From Octopus vulgaris (Eukaryota): 64,000 nucleotides of DNA. The notes below the pieces were generated by a model, which worked only from the letters and a program-made list of their open reading frames with translations, did no database searches and was not told the DNA's origin. The DNA is taken from the NCBI GenBank assembly GCA_951406725.2, contig OX597823.1:104656001-104720000 (forward strand), read 5' to 3'. Positions 10,820-25,005 of the stretch are shown here, one piece after another. Position numbers and translations under genes: made by a program. The stretch's first letter is position 1; every line of letters starts with the position of its first letter.

Positions 10820-13252
10820 TTCACTTGAAATGGGATAAAAGAGGGAATTTTAAATTAAGAAGCAAAACTTCAACAAATATGAAATCTTAGAATGTCATGA
10901 TTAGACATTCACCTGGATTTATTATTTTTTTTATATATAAAAAACTTACAGAGCAAAAAACTTTCTCGTACTAATTAGAATTGGTAAGTAAGAAATGTAA
11001 CTGAGTCAAAGAGAATTAACCAGTTCAGGAATAGATTTGCCAAATATCAGAATATTTAATGCATTTAAAACAGCATTCTGATATGCTGAAAAAGACTTGT
11101 ATGAAACAATTTGGCATTCAGTCGCTCCCTCTCCATCATAAAAAAAGGTAATAGTTATGCTAAGAAGGAGACAAAAGGTAGTTGATCTTCATTATTTAAT
11201 GTATGACATTGATTTGAGATACAGCAAAAAACAAGCTAACTGCCATTGTTGACAAAAATATTCAAATTACAACAATCTTAAACAGAAACCACAGAGAAAT
11301 AATACGAAAATTACTATCATTATTCTAAGTTTCAGCTTTTAATTATAAACTTCTTGTTTTTATTCTGCTGTTTCTAACGCTGAACAAATATTTTAGATTA
11401 ATCTCTTCCTTTAATATTCTTTGGCTCTTGACAAACTAAAAGAAGACAAACAATGAGAGACAGTTTAATATTGATTTCTTACTAAAGCACAGTCATAAAT
11501 TTATGCAGAGAAGAGAATGAGTTTCTCTGATATTTGTACATTTTTCAACAGAACAACTAGAGTATCTGAATCATCAATCAACAAGAGGGAAAATGACCTG
11601 GTCAGTTGGATTATTAGGATCTTAATTCTTGCTCTGATGCTTAACACAAGCTTAATATCAAAATCAGCATATTCAATGCTGAAAGGAAACTATTCCTCAA
11701 GATATTAAGAGATAATGAAATATGATTTGAAACATTAATTCTACTATTTTTCAAAGAGTAAAATGCCACTTTAGTATTTATGTTGTCATAATTTTCAGAA
11801 GGTAAATTTAAACTCAATGTAAACGGAAAAGAAACTCTTTTGTGAACTGACTTAAGTAAATTGATAAACACTACATTATGAACAGAATGTTTTTAATCCA
11901 GTAACTGCAATACAATTTATGCAGCCAAAACATTTCGGCTTCAATTTTGTTCTGCTTAAGTTAACAATGTTCTGCTTTTAATTTAATATTCACTCATGTG
12001 TTCTAATACACACTTAAATCCATATATATTCATTCATATTAAAATGTCAAGTAAAATGAGTTGTACAGCATTTTCTGTTGAATATATCAGATATCCTGCA
12101 ACTATGAGAAAAATTGTAAAATAAAGCTTCAAATTATTTTATATACTTTTTCCTAGAAGTGTTATGATAAAATTTTTTTACTATATAATGAAGCTAATAG
12201 TTCTTAAATGTAAATGTTCCCGCTGGCTAGAAAACATAATGAAACAGCTTTCCTGTTGCTAATCAGCAGGGATAAAATCTTCCTACACAATCTTACGAGT
12301 AAAGTATGGTATAACACTAACTTATTCTGATATCAGTAACTGTTGTTGCCCTTGACAAAGCTAAATTATTTATCTATCTATCTATTAGAAGTTTCCTGTC
12401 TGATTGCTTCATCAGAGCATATGTTGGTGTGTGTGTGTGTGGGTGTGTTTGGGGGAGGAGCTCTCTTCAACCCGCATTCTAGCAATTCAAGTGTACTCTA
12501 AAGTTTAGTTGACTCTACCACACTCATTTCTGCACGACCTACTTACTGTTACTTATAATCACACACACCTACAAAAAGTCACCCTACACTCCTTCACATT
12601 TCTGCACAACAGACATTGTGCATACACAATCTAGACATATCTTGCCAGTCAGGCATTGTTTCCGTAGAGAGGCTTTAAAAATATCCTTCATTTGAAAATA
12701 TGGCAACCCCAAATACATCTGATACACATTAAGGAAATACTCCCTTTTTACATGAACAGCACACAACAAAAAACCCCTTTAAAGTCACTAAAAATGCTAA
12801 ATCTCACAATCTCTTTCGTACAGTTACGTCATATATGAAGTAACCTTTCCAAAAACTGCATACTAAAGACAAAGTTTTCTCTTCAAAGTCAGAAAACATT
12901 TCACTTGTTGACTTAGATTGAACAAATGCTACTGATACACATTAATATCTTTGGCTGCATCCCTCAAATGACCATTAGTCTTATTGGTAATGCCTGCTAG
13001 CATGCTGTTTCTTTCTAAACTGGCAAGCAACATAATTCATTTTGCATTTCCACCTTATCTCCATTATGTGTCATCTCTGAACCTCACATTTTTACCAATC
13101 ATTTTCTCAGACTATAAAGGTATATGGATTTCATTGCATCAATTCCATTAATGTGAAATCTTGTAAAAATCTTCAGTGCAGTTGTCCTCCTCAATACAAC
13201 AAAAACACTTCTAAAAGCCTTTGCAGTATTAAGCCTATTACATATATCTTAA

Positions 13253-13461
13253 CCCTTTTGTTACTGTATTTATTTTAAGATGCTCTGTATTTCTTTTAAT
13301 TAAATGAAACAAAGAATTTAGTAAAATAACTTAGTTATCATTCAGCTATTGTTAGGAATGCGAATTGTGACTAAGGCTTGGTGGAATATTTTAATCCCAA
13401 ACTTATGAAAACAAGACATTTGTACTCAGAGCCAGTTTCAGATGGGTTGGTAACAAAAGGG
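13253..13461. mobile_element. piggyBac-type MITE (209 bp)
   Basis: TTAA target site on both sides (13249-13252, 13462-13465) and terminal inverted repeats CCCTTTTGTTAC...GTAACAAAAGGG. Confidence 0.85.
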
Positions 13462-16400
13462 TTAAAGCATTGCTAACTCTACTACAACAGTTTCATATCA
13501 CCATGCTTAGTTGGGATGTTGTCCAATCCACAAAACTTGTCACAAGGTTGCATTAGATTTTCCTTATGATCACCCAGATGTTCCCAATATGATTTCTGGG
13601 TTCAAGAATACTGGAATTGCTTCTCTACTTCTCAAAGCAATACTTGCGACTTCCTCATCTGTGCCAATAAAGAAACCTTTATGCAGTCATTTGACTTGCC
13701 AGAAATAGCAGCCAAATCTTTTTGTATTAAACTTGATTGTCTTAAGGAAAGCATGGGATAATGCAGTGCTGGTTACATTATACCAGAACAAAAAAAAAAA
13801 AAAAAGCCAGGGTGGCTATGACTGGAATATTTTTCATCATAGATTTGCTCAGGAACTGAACAACTCCATATCCTCCTCTTCTTAAATAATGGTTCTACTT
13901 TTACTGCCCTCAGCCTGAACATTCTACACATTAACTTTATTTTGTGCAAGAAGATATTTTTACATTAGAGATAGGGTTCCATTTGTACTACATCCATTTT
14001 ACCATGCTAGTGTGAGTTAGAGGAATACATATTGAGATGTTTTAGAGCCAGCTGCTCTTTCAATTGCTAACCCTTACCTGTTTTTCAAATGACTGAGATT
14101 TTATCACACTCACCTTCAAAAGTATGGCATTACTGAATAATTTGCAAAAGGAAACTAACAGCAGACAATGCCATCTGCAGCTCAGCAATATTCACAAAGT
14201 CACACACACATATATGCGTGATGGATTTTGAACAGTTTCTGTCAATAACTTCACAAAAGCATTACATCCTGGGGCTACAGTAGAAGACACTTGGCTAAGG
14301 AGTTGTGCAGTGGAACTAAACCCAAAACCACACGACTGCAAAATAAATTCTTAACTACACAGTCACGACCGTCTATTTTGTGTTCATTACCTGTTTTCTT
14401 ATCAACAACAAGTTGGTTTGACTGAATTTTATGCAACTTGTAAGCAAGAGGTCAAGTTGTTATGAATTCCTTTTGAAGACAGATATCCAAGTGTCCTGTG
14501 TCTTTACTCTTCAGTTTTGTGACCAGGGTATTTATGTACACAAATGTAATATATTCAAATGTCTCTAAAATAGCTTATCAGAATCTCTTGTAATGAATGC
14601 TTACCATCAATCTATCTCAAGGTTGTTCAACCTGATAAAAATAGTAATCAAATCTCCCACAAATAACCACCAACATTCTCAAAATCAGGAGAAATGCAGA
14701 GATGTATGTGTCGGGGGGGGGGGGGGGGAAAAGAATGTAGGCCCTGATATATGCATTAAACAAAGACAAAATGATCACGGCTTCACTACTTTTATTCAGA
14801 TATCTGCTCAATCAGGACTGGCCTGAGGCTAAATAAAATACCACTGACCTACTTCTAGGTCTTCACTTCTGACTGAAAATACTGGTTGTAAAGTGTTATG
14901 GTCTGTATAAACAGTCTGGTCCTTAAATTCTATAGATTACCTTAACCACATCAATTACACTCCCTATAAAAGTAAAGCTGTATGTCCTCACTTCTCTCAA
15001 TGTTCTCAAAGTCAGATAAGTCAAGTTGAGTATTGACATTAACCCCATCTGAGTTGCCAAATATTTTACTTAACACCACACAGTATTCATGTTATGTACA
15101 TTCAATAATGTGCGAGTAGTATAGGGCATATGAATCATTTCATATAATGAATATTTGTTGATTAACAATAATAGTTAAGGCCAGCAAACAGGAACGGAAG
15201 ATAAGCAAAGTCAGAGATGACCAACTCGTACAAATCCTGAAATAGCTCCTCTGGTTAGAATAAATTTGCCAGAATAAGCAGAATGACCATTACTTGGTGG
15301 GAAAGCAACATGATCCAAATAAACCTGGGTTAGCTCTGCTCTATGCTGCATTTTCTTGCCTCTAAATAACTGTTGGCCCAGAAAATTCTAGAATCCATTT
15401 GGCGACAAAACTTGTATGCTTCCTCTGAAGTTACTACCTTTGCCATAAATAAATCAGCCAGTGGCGATAAGTCAAACCCAGATTCATGTAGGTTTTAAGG
15501 CAACTCTTTTCTCTTTATGGATATATATTATGTCCTGATTGTAGATTGGGAAAATCTGAGAACTAAGGTTAAAATCTTAAAAGGAAAACAAAAAATATAT
15601 ATACTTCTTTATAGTAATTCTAGCTGATGTACATATCCACCTTCTTTTCTGCCAATGCATAAGCATTGTTTTAAGGAAACAAGATGTAACTGATCTTTAA
15701 CAATATCAATATTCTATCAAGCTAAGATAGAGCAAAGACAAAAATCAACGGAGATTTGATTTAAAACTAGTTATCAGCTTATTTATCATAAGCATAAAAT
15801 ATCCAGTCAGTATTTTAACAGTCCTAGACACGAACAGTCTAACAGTCAAAAACTATATATAATTAAAGAAAATTAAAATACTCAAGTAAGTACATTTAAT
15901 AAAATATTTCATAATAGGTCTCTAAAAATTGCTTATAAAAAGCTAATATATATTTTACCATTTTACCATTTTGATCTGAGACATTTATGGAGAAGAAAAT
16001 AAAAAAAATAATAAAACACGAAATATATACATATTCATTATTTGATAGAAACCCAAATTTTAATGATTTAATAGAATGAAAATAAACAGTCTATATAAAT
16101 AAAATTAGTAAAAACTAATTAAATAAAAGAAAATTTTTTTTACTAAATTAGCAATAGAAGGGAATATTTAAAAATGTAATACAATAGACATTAATGATTC
16201 AAAACGAGCTCATATATTTGATTTGCTTTTCAGCTTTCACCAATAGCTAAGATAGCAGATTGCAGTTTATGAAAAGTAAGCAAATAAATGAAAATCTACA
16301 ATGAGTTGCAAACAAATTGCTAGTCTACATTAAAACGACAACGATGATAGCAAGCTCCTTCAAGCTAGAAGCCCACATACTGAATTTGTTGACTATAACT

Positions 16401-17805
16401 GAGCATTTGGAGTCATTTTTTTTCCCTCTCTAAATCAATTATTGAATTGCACAATAATATCCTTGATTACATTTACAGAAGACAGTAAAGAATAACAATA
16501 ACATTACTACCACCACCAACAAATACACTTTCAAAATACATGAACAGTATATAAAAGACTGATATGTGCTTTTGGTCGTTTTTTTTTTTTTTTTTTTTAA
16601 ATGGAATCAGGCATCCACTTGGTGTAAACTAGAACTATAAATAGAAAAGAGGTGAACTTGTAATTCGTTTTATATTGATTTTTCTTAGAAAGGCACAAGA
16701 ACATAGATTAACAACATAAAGGATGGAAAATGGGATCATGTGATGTTCATGCTTTTCTCAAGTGCATTTACGAAATGAGTGAAATGACTGCAAATATGAA
16801 TCGGTGCCAAAAATTCATTTTAGATATTAAATAAAACTGATGATGGATATCTTTAGCAAATAGTGAATAACTTAATATTTGCCTTTAAAGAATGAAAAAT
16901 TGAAGGGAAAAATAACGATACTGTATGAATAGAGTATATTTAATATGGCTGGCAGTTCATCCTCATCATCATCAGTTTAATATTTTTGTTTCATACTAGC
17001 AACAACGGCCAAATGACTGTGTTGATATTCCAGCCCACAGAGTTATGTACTTTAACAGTACACCAAGAGGTTGTCATCAAATCATCTTTTCAAATCAATG
17101 AAAAAGTTTCTACACCAGCAATTCTCAAATGTGGCATCCTTCCAGTAGCCCTCAACGGTCTTTCCTCTCTACAAATATAGTAAATTCTTCTTTAACTGAC
17201 TCGTGTTTTACTTTTTTTGGTGTGACCCCCAAAACAGAAATCCAGGTTTTGGATCTGGCTCAGATTTTAAAAAGATTAACACTTGACTTGCTAAAAATAG
17301 CAGTCTAATTTTTTATAAACCAAAACCTATTCTTAATATATACATACACACACATACACAGCAAGCGACACTGTCTGGAGAAAAAAGTTGGGATGGTTAC
17401 CGCTGGTATGCTTTTGATCTACATACCAGCTGTAACCATCTGCTCTAACAGGAAGGAATGGCCAGGGACTAAACCTTATAGCTAAGCCCAGCCTTACAAG
17501 AACCTACAGTCTCTAGAGGCATTCACATATATAATATAGCATAGACAGATAGTACAACAGTGTTTTCATATGGCTTCAATGTGTCTGAATTATCTTACTC
17601 CATCACAAGTCTTCTTTAACTAAAGTCAGTCAGCATGTCTCAGTGCAGCTTATAGCATGTAGCAACCAATGCTCAAGATCCTCGTTCACTTGTTAGACAT
17701 ATTATATTCAGCTTCTCTTTTTATTGTTTCTGAACTATTTTGTTACATATAACCCACGCTAGCATGGAAAGCGGACGTTAAACGATGATGATATATATAT
17801 ACACA

Positions 17806-18071
17806 TACTGTGCTTGAGGAGACCTATTGAGTCAAGTACATCAACATCAAAAAATCAAATGGAAATTGTAGTTGTGATACCTGTGCCGGTGGCACGTAAA
17901 AAGCACCCACTACACTCGCAGAGTGGTTGGTGTTAGGAAGGGCATCCAGCTGTAGAAACACTGCCAGATAAGACTGGAGCCTGGTGCAGCCTCCTGGCTT
18001 CCCAGACCCCGGTCGAACCGTCCAACCCATGCTAGCATGGAAAACGGATGTTAAACAATGATGATGATGAT
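17806..18071 (+). mobile_element. RTE LINE 3' UTR/tail
   Basis: Same UTR and tail as 9480-9832; (gat)n end. Confidence 0.85.
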
Positions 18072-19921
18072 CTTCTAAGATCCACCCTATTTTGAATTTT
18101 ACAAACACAATTAGGTTTTTCTGTATCCAATGATTATTTGTAAGGTGGTTTCTGTTTTTTAAATACATTTGAATTATTTTATCTTCAGTGATCTATGTAA
18201 CTTCCCACTTCAAATTATCTTCACAACCTAATAATACATTTAGCATATCTTCAAGGTGATGAATTAGCAGAATGGTTTTTGTTCCAACTGTCGCCATTAT
18301 GGTCAATGAAAATGTACCAATTCAGGGTAGGAGAAATTTTAGAGCGTTGAGCAAGTTGCCTCATTGCATTTGTCCCAGCTATTTGTGTTCTGACAACAAT
18401 ACCTGTAATAACACTACTCTGGAGTTGTATCAGCCCAAGTTGGTGGCCTTTCCTTGGTTACACATCAGCATCATGGAGAGGAGAGATTTGCATGCCTGAA
18501 TAACTTCTGGTCTTACCATGGCCTACACACATACACACGTGCAGATGCATAGGGCACTTATGGTGTTTGTTGAATGCTTCACTATGCTTGTGTGTACAAC
18601 TTCTAATACAATGAATCAGGACTGGCATCATGTCTAAGAGACAGAATTCTCTGAAGCAACTCATTTTAATGGTCTTAAAATAAACAAGATTTTAAAAATA
18701 GATAAAAATAATTAAAGGCTAACCATTTCTCTTTAATTTTGACATTAGGATATAATGAAAAGGACAAATAAAAGTTGGTATAAAGAATCTAAAGCTACAA
18801 CCAAAAAGAAAAAAAATTGATTTGAATTACAATTCATTTTGAAGGAATGGTACAATTTCCATTGTTAGAATTAAAAACCTTCTAATATTTCTACTACTAA
18901 TTTTTGAAGAAGACAACACTGTCTTAGACCTTAAGACAGACATTATCTTCATGGTTGAATAGTTAACATTAAGAAAGATGTCTAGCTGCAGAATACTATT
19001 TGTATTAAAGCCTAGACTTTCCAACTTAGCCATTCTAGGTAATTCTATAAATAATCTAAATTATTAATACAGTGTCACTTAAAACAGAGATCCATTGATT
19101 TCAAAATGTTTTTATGCTAATTCTTCAAACTATTTTTTTTACTCGATAGCCACACTGATGTAAACTATTTTCACAAATAGCCACATATTTTATCAGGTTT
19201 GGTGTGTATGCAATCGTGTGCATAGGATACTGCACCTCATCATAGAATCACAAATTAGATGTTGAAGGAGCTTATACATGGTTACTTGACTTGCAAGAAA
19301 TAACAGCCACATCTCTATCACAGCAAGCACCATTGCCTTAAACAAGACACACTGACCCTTAGAAATCTCTAATAAGATGGAATTTGTCATTACTGGAATG
19401 CTTTTATTATAAGTTTTTCTCAATCAAGATTGACTGGGGGTAAGCAGCAATAACAAATTAACTATAAAAGAGACATTCTGTTTATCTCTAAGTCTTAGTT
19501 ATAAGAAGTAAAAAAAAACAAATGAGGAGAAGGCATGTTGTAAAAAAAAAAGAAAGTTTAGACAATCTCAAACCAAAAGCATCAATGCCAAAAATATTGT
19601 GGTTTTTTTGGTACACTCAGTCAATACAAATTTTGGCATTGTTTCAGTCATATGAGTAATACAAGTGATGGCAATAATGGCACACATAGTATCTCAAGAA
19701 ACTATTTCATAGGAAAAATAATTTCTTTCTCTGATCTTGTCTTATGAATTGAAACGAATAAAAAAAAGCATTCTGAGATCTGACAAACAAAAGAACAATT
19801 CCTCATTGTGAAGAATTCTTTGTAGCAGATAATAGATATGGCAGTTTCCATAAGTGACAAGTAGAGTTGATGACTGGAGTGACCCTAGAATATTGTTAGA
19901 ACTTATATCATCATGCTAAAA

Positions 19922-19924
<3 letters not shown>

Positions 19925-20004
<80 letters not shown>
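19925..20004. repeat. Compound (GA)n(GT)n(GA)n microsatellite
   Basis: Directly visible dinucleotide runs. Confidence 0.95.
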
Positions 20005-20769
20005 CTAGCTACAGGTAAAATTGATTCTTGCAAGATCTGAAGTCTGACTATAGGAATTTTATTGAATGCTTCACTTTCTCCAACTCACTGCTTTTGCATC
20101 ATAAAGAGTGTTATAAACAAATTAAAATTAACATTTCTGGACATATTAAATAAATGTAGCAAATCAAACAGTAAAAACATGAAAAATGAGAGAAAAATAG
20201 ATGGAAATTACGTAACAGCAATGTCTAAGAGGGAGAGAAGAGAGAGGAAAAGAAGAAATAGTATGGTGCTTAGACTATTTACAAAAATGAAAAAACAACA
20301 GAAGAAACATTCTTTTTTGAAAGATATTAGAAATTTGATATTAACATCTAAGTAGTGTCAGCAACAACTATCCAAAATAATATATAGTAGCAATATTTCT
20401 GATGTAATGTGTCAGTGGAAGAAATGACTTGATATACTATTTATAAACACTTCCTATTATTTATTTATTTATGGTTAGGTCAGAGGACAGCAGAGATAAG
20501 CTGTTTTGAATTAGAGCAACAGGATAGATAACTGGGATATGGTTGGGATTATAGTTTGTCTTTAATGTTCTCAAGAAAGGCATGAACGGCACAACCTTCC
20601 CTCATTTACTCCTCTTCTAAAATAATGGTTCTTTAAGTGAAGACAGAAAAGAAATGGAAGATTTTTATTAGATACAACTTGTCCAAATGTTGCTGAATTG
20701 TTTATTCTTTATTTTCATATATAACATAAAAAACATTAATTGATTATTCTATATTTTACAGCTTTGATA

Positions 20770-21981
20770 ATGAGTGGTCATAAAATTGCAATTAGAGCCA
20801 TTTACACTATCCATGAAACAAAGGACTGAGTGCAAGGGCAGCAGAAAAAACAAATTAACGATGTTGAAGAAGACTCGGGAACTGTCAGCAAATGTGCGGA
20901 ACAAAACTGGTTCAGATGTTTCAAGGAAGGCGACACCAGCCTCAAAGACAAACCAAACTCAAGGAGACCTGTTGTAGCAGATGAGGTCCTGTTTGAAATG
21001 GTTGATCAACAGCCAAGCATAGGCACTCATACATTGTTGTCAGAATCTGGTCCTTCACAAAGCACCATCAATTGACACCTCCATAAGCTCAGCCTTGCAA
21101 ACAGATGCTTTTGAGAAGCTTCTCATGAACTAACCAATGACCAGGCACAACAACTGCTGGCAAATCCTTGAGATGCTTGCTCTTGGTATCAAATTGCAAA
21201 TGGGCATGAAAAAATGGATCTACTTTAGTAATCCTAAGAAAAATCAGTGGCTTCAGAACTTTTTGTCAAACAAGGATGGTTTGAACAGAAGGTCAGGTTG
21301 AGTTTGGTGATATGTTGAGAAGATGGTGCACTTTGAGTTCGTCCTCGATGGTCAAGCTGTGATTGCGAACCTTTACATGCTCAACAGCTGCTGTGAGTAA
21401 ATGATAAGCAAGAAAGGTGAATGACCATTATTTGGTTGGAAAGCAACATGATCCAAATAAACCTGGGTTAGCTCTGCTCTATGCTGCATTTTCTTGCCTC
21501 TAATGCTCAATGCTCAAGTCTACTGTCAGCAATTAGAGCGTTTGAACCAAGCTTTAAAGAAAAAAAAAGACCCACTTTAGTGAATCGATAAGTAGTGATG
21601 TTTCATTAGGACAATGTGCGACCCCACACTTCAAAGATCACATCACAGAAGATTGAAGAGCTTGGTTGGGAAAAAATTCCTCATCCACCTTATTCTCCCG
21701 ACCTTGCTCCTTCAGACTACCATTTGTTTCATAGTTTACAGAATCATTTGGGGGACATAACTTTCGCAAGCCAGGAGGAGGTTGAAACTGACATTTCAGA
21801 GTTCATTGCTTTGAAACCGAAAGAGTTTTACATTGATGGGATTAAAAAGCTTGTAAATAGATGGAAGGAAGTCATAGATAATCAGGGAAAGTACATTGAT
21901 GATTAAATTTCAATTAAATAACATTTGATCTCTTGTTTTCTTTATTCAAAATTCGGACAGAACTTATGGGATGACCTGATA
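20770..21981 (+). mobile_element. Degenerate, chimeric mariner (DD34D) transposon
   Basis: HTH-region ORF 20830-21075 (NWFRCFKEGDTSLKDKPNSRRP) and catalytic region DNVRPH...PHPPYSPDLAPSDYHLF (21611-21906). Right TIR-like end ...gaacttatgggatgacctga followed by TA. Multiple stops and frameshifts. Confidence 0.9.
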
Positions 21982-23993
21982 TTTGAAACTTGCTATAATT
22001 GAAGACCTAGTCTTAAATTGCTAATAAGAGAATATAATGAAAACTGCTTAAAACTGAAATTATACAGGTTAAAGTATCTATATAAAAAAAAACAAAAAAA
22101 CAGAAAGCCAAGGTTTTTGACACCATTAATACAAACTAAATACAGGAAAAATATTTTCCTTAAGAATGTGTGTAACAGTTTCAGTAGATGTAAAAACATA
22201 AGTTCCCTCCAACTTTCATTGCTAAATTGATATTTCAAGACTTGACTATCCCATATTTACTGAGAAATTTAAAATTTGAAAACATGTGGTCCCCATCTAA
22301 AATCTTAGCAAGGAAGTTTGTTGGGTAGGCTGTCTGAAAGCCTGGATACTGAGTAAAGAGTGACTAGCAGTATATCATTAAACTCCACGACCAGAATCAT
22401 GAATTGGTTCACAAAGAAACGAGCCAATCACGAAACAGAAATGCTGCTTTATGTTGCTGATGATTCCATAATGAACCCAATCCTATTAAGGATGCAACGC
22501 AATTGTTTTGATGCAATCAAGCTGCACTTACTGCCTTGACTGTATTCTTTCCTCTCAACAGCAACATTTGTATTCCCCATCATCGCAATTGATGTTTACC
22601 ACTGTTCACACTATTGATCATGTTCAGTCAGTCATGGAAAAAAAAAAATCAATTTTTTTTTTCCCCGATAATCATTTCCTATTTTTCTTGTTCCAAATAC
22701 ACTACAGTTCATTTCACCAGTGTTTACTGAAGTAGAGCAAAGAAAGATACACTTGACTGCTCAACTTTTAAGTTCTTGAAGAGACAAACAGCTTTAAGCT
22801 GTGCTCTTCAACAGTTTTCACATTAAGATAAAAGAAACAAATATTTTTAAAGCATTAATAATATTTATCTAAGCTAATTATTGAGAATACAGGTTCTAAA
22901 CTACTGCTTGCAAGGTGTCATCAATTCAAGTCATTGAGTTACCTCACTGAGTTGGTCACATTATTTGCCACAATATGAATGGCTCTCAATATGCACCACT
23001 CCTATATTCCACAACTGGTTAAGGATATCACCATTGTTTTCATGTCTACTTTTCCATGTTGGGCAAGCAATGGTTCATGGCTGGATGCCTTTCCTGATGC
23101 CAGCCCTTTTAGTAATCACTTATGACATGCAGGGATACAGCATACCTATTTCAAAAACCAAAACACACTGGATACACAAAGAGAATTAAAAATACTTAGT
23201 AACCATATCAACATGAATCTAAAAAAATATTTTAACTCTTAATATCCTGCTAAAAAATTTCTAAGAAGCTCAGTAACGACAGAGCAGAAAAATATATTCA
23301 CAAACGAAAAAGTTAGTATATTCAAATGTTTATAATGTATTTATTAGTGGTTAGATTATGATGGAAATTGATAGTATTGCAGAAAGGTCTTAAGTTTTTC
23401 AATGTAAACAATCATTTTTGCTAAAAATAAATGCTGCACATATATGATAGTTCATTTATAACTTTGAATTAAATATATATACACTCAAGAAAGGTGATAA
23501 AAAAAGAAAAGTTGTTAGTAAATAAATTAAATGCAATTATTAACAGACATGGGCACATAGGCCTCACAATAATATATATAAACAAAACACCAATATTTTT
23601 TTCTTGACATTTTTTCATTATGAAATTTACAGATAAGCTGAGTTACACCTTTCAGATACAACTTACTTGTGTGTATGAAAGTTTTGTTTAAAAAAAAAAA
23701 ATCCAAAAATAAATTGTAAAAGTCCCATAACATGTGGATTTTGATAGAAAACATTACTAAGTGTGTATTTAAAATAGTAGGAAGGGATTCAAGTTTTCTC
23801 CCTTAGTTTAGGGAGAGTTCATAATTTCCTTTAAAACAATTACAAAGAAGATTCAAGTAGTTTCATGGGTTCAGAACAGAGATTCGTGTCCTGTTGGACA
23901 GATACATGGCATACAAGATGTTAAGGGTTAATCTATGTTAGAAAAGCCAATAAAAATAACTAAAAATGTTCTTTGAATTACAATAATTTGTAA

Positions 23994-24329
23994 GTGACAG
24001 TCCCGTAAAGGGAATCACACCACCGCTATTTAGCCCTAGGAAGCATCGACGCTTCCTGACAGCTTTGACACATTTCTTGTGCCCTTATATTTGCGAAGGG
24101 GAGACAAGCACCCCCACCAGCTAGGCCTAGCAGGCCTTGCTACCCTAAACTGATGACGAGCAAGACCCAGAAACATGCATGTTTTCAGGTGTGAATCCTA
24201 GCTGGTGGGGGTGCTTGTCTCCCCCTTCGCAAATATAAGGGCACAGGAAATGTGTCAAAGCCGACAGGAAGTGTCGATGCTTCCTAGGGCTAAATAGTGG
24301 TGGTGTGATTCCCTTTATGGGACTGTCAC
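23994..24329. mobile_element. Foldback element with ~132-bp inverted arms (probably an inverted Penelope-like pseudo-LTR)
   Basis: 23994-24125 is the reverse complement of 24197-24329 with about six substitutions (three at CpG) and one 1-nt indel. The 71-nt spacer contains a hammerhead motif. Confidence 0.8.
24144..24189 (+). ncRNA. Minimal type I hammerhead ribozyme motif (degenerate)
   Basis: Stem I cctaaa/ttcagg (5 of 6 pairs); core CTGATGA at 24150-24156; stem II cgag-caaga-ccca (2 of 4 pairs, two C/A mismatches); GAAA at 24170-24173; palindromic CATGCATG stem III; GUU cleavage triplet. Confidence 0.6.
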
Positions 24330-24785
24330 GTTAAGTTGACAGTATACAACTGCTCTATCGTTCCACCACCGCTCATATCTCTGAGATATTTAGAAATTTA
24401 ATATTTCTAAATTTGTAAGTATTTTCTCAGTACTGGAAGAAGTTCTAATAGAGGCCTAAAGACTGAAATTTAGGGAGACTCCAGTATACTTTAAGAATGT
24501 GAAAATAAAAACTTGTGAATATTTTAAATCAGTTTCTTTTGCAGCACTTCATGCATTTTTTCTTGAATTTCTTTTTCTATCTAAATATTGACATTATATA
24601 ATGCTTGAAATGAATATCTTAATATATATAACCTATACAGTACTGCACTAATTCAGCTGTTTCTTTGTAGATTGAAAAAAGAAATGACAAACAACTAACC
24701 AATTTTTGAATCTTATTGGGTTCTCATCATAGGCATCTACATTGGTTTGACCAATACCAGAGAAACAAGCAACCAATTTGTTTAA

Positions 24786-25005
24786 CCCTTTAGCATTGAA
24801 ACCGGCCATATCCGGCCTAAATATTTTACCCCCTATTTGTTCAAAACCAGTCAGATCCAGCCTCTTACCCTATCCTAAAATATTATTCCCAAAGTAAAGA
24901 GTCACATCGCAGAAATCTCACAGCTATGAGATAATGCAGGATTAATTCAATGCAATGTGAATAAACAAGCATCACATTTAGTAGAATAATGTGAATACTA
25001 AAGGG
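24786..25005. mobile_element. piggyBac-type MITE (second family, ~220 bp)
   Basis: TTAA-CCCTTTAGCATT ... AATACTAAAGGG-TTGA: TIRs with one mismatch and a degenerate right TTAA. Confidence 0.7.

Noticed and set aside
12385-12420. Minus-strand CTGATGA...GAAAC hammerhead-like words
   Set aside because: No pairable stem II, no NUH triplet followed by a stem I partner; at best an unrecognisable relic.
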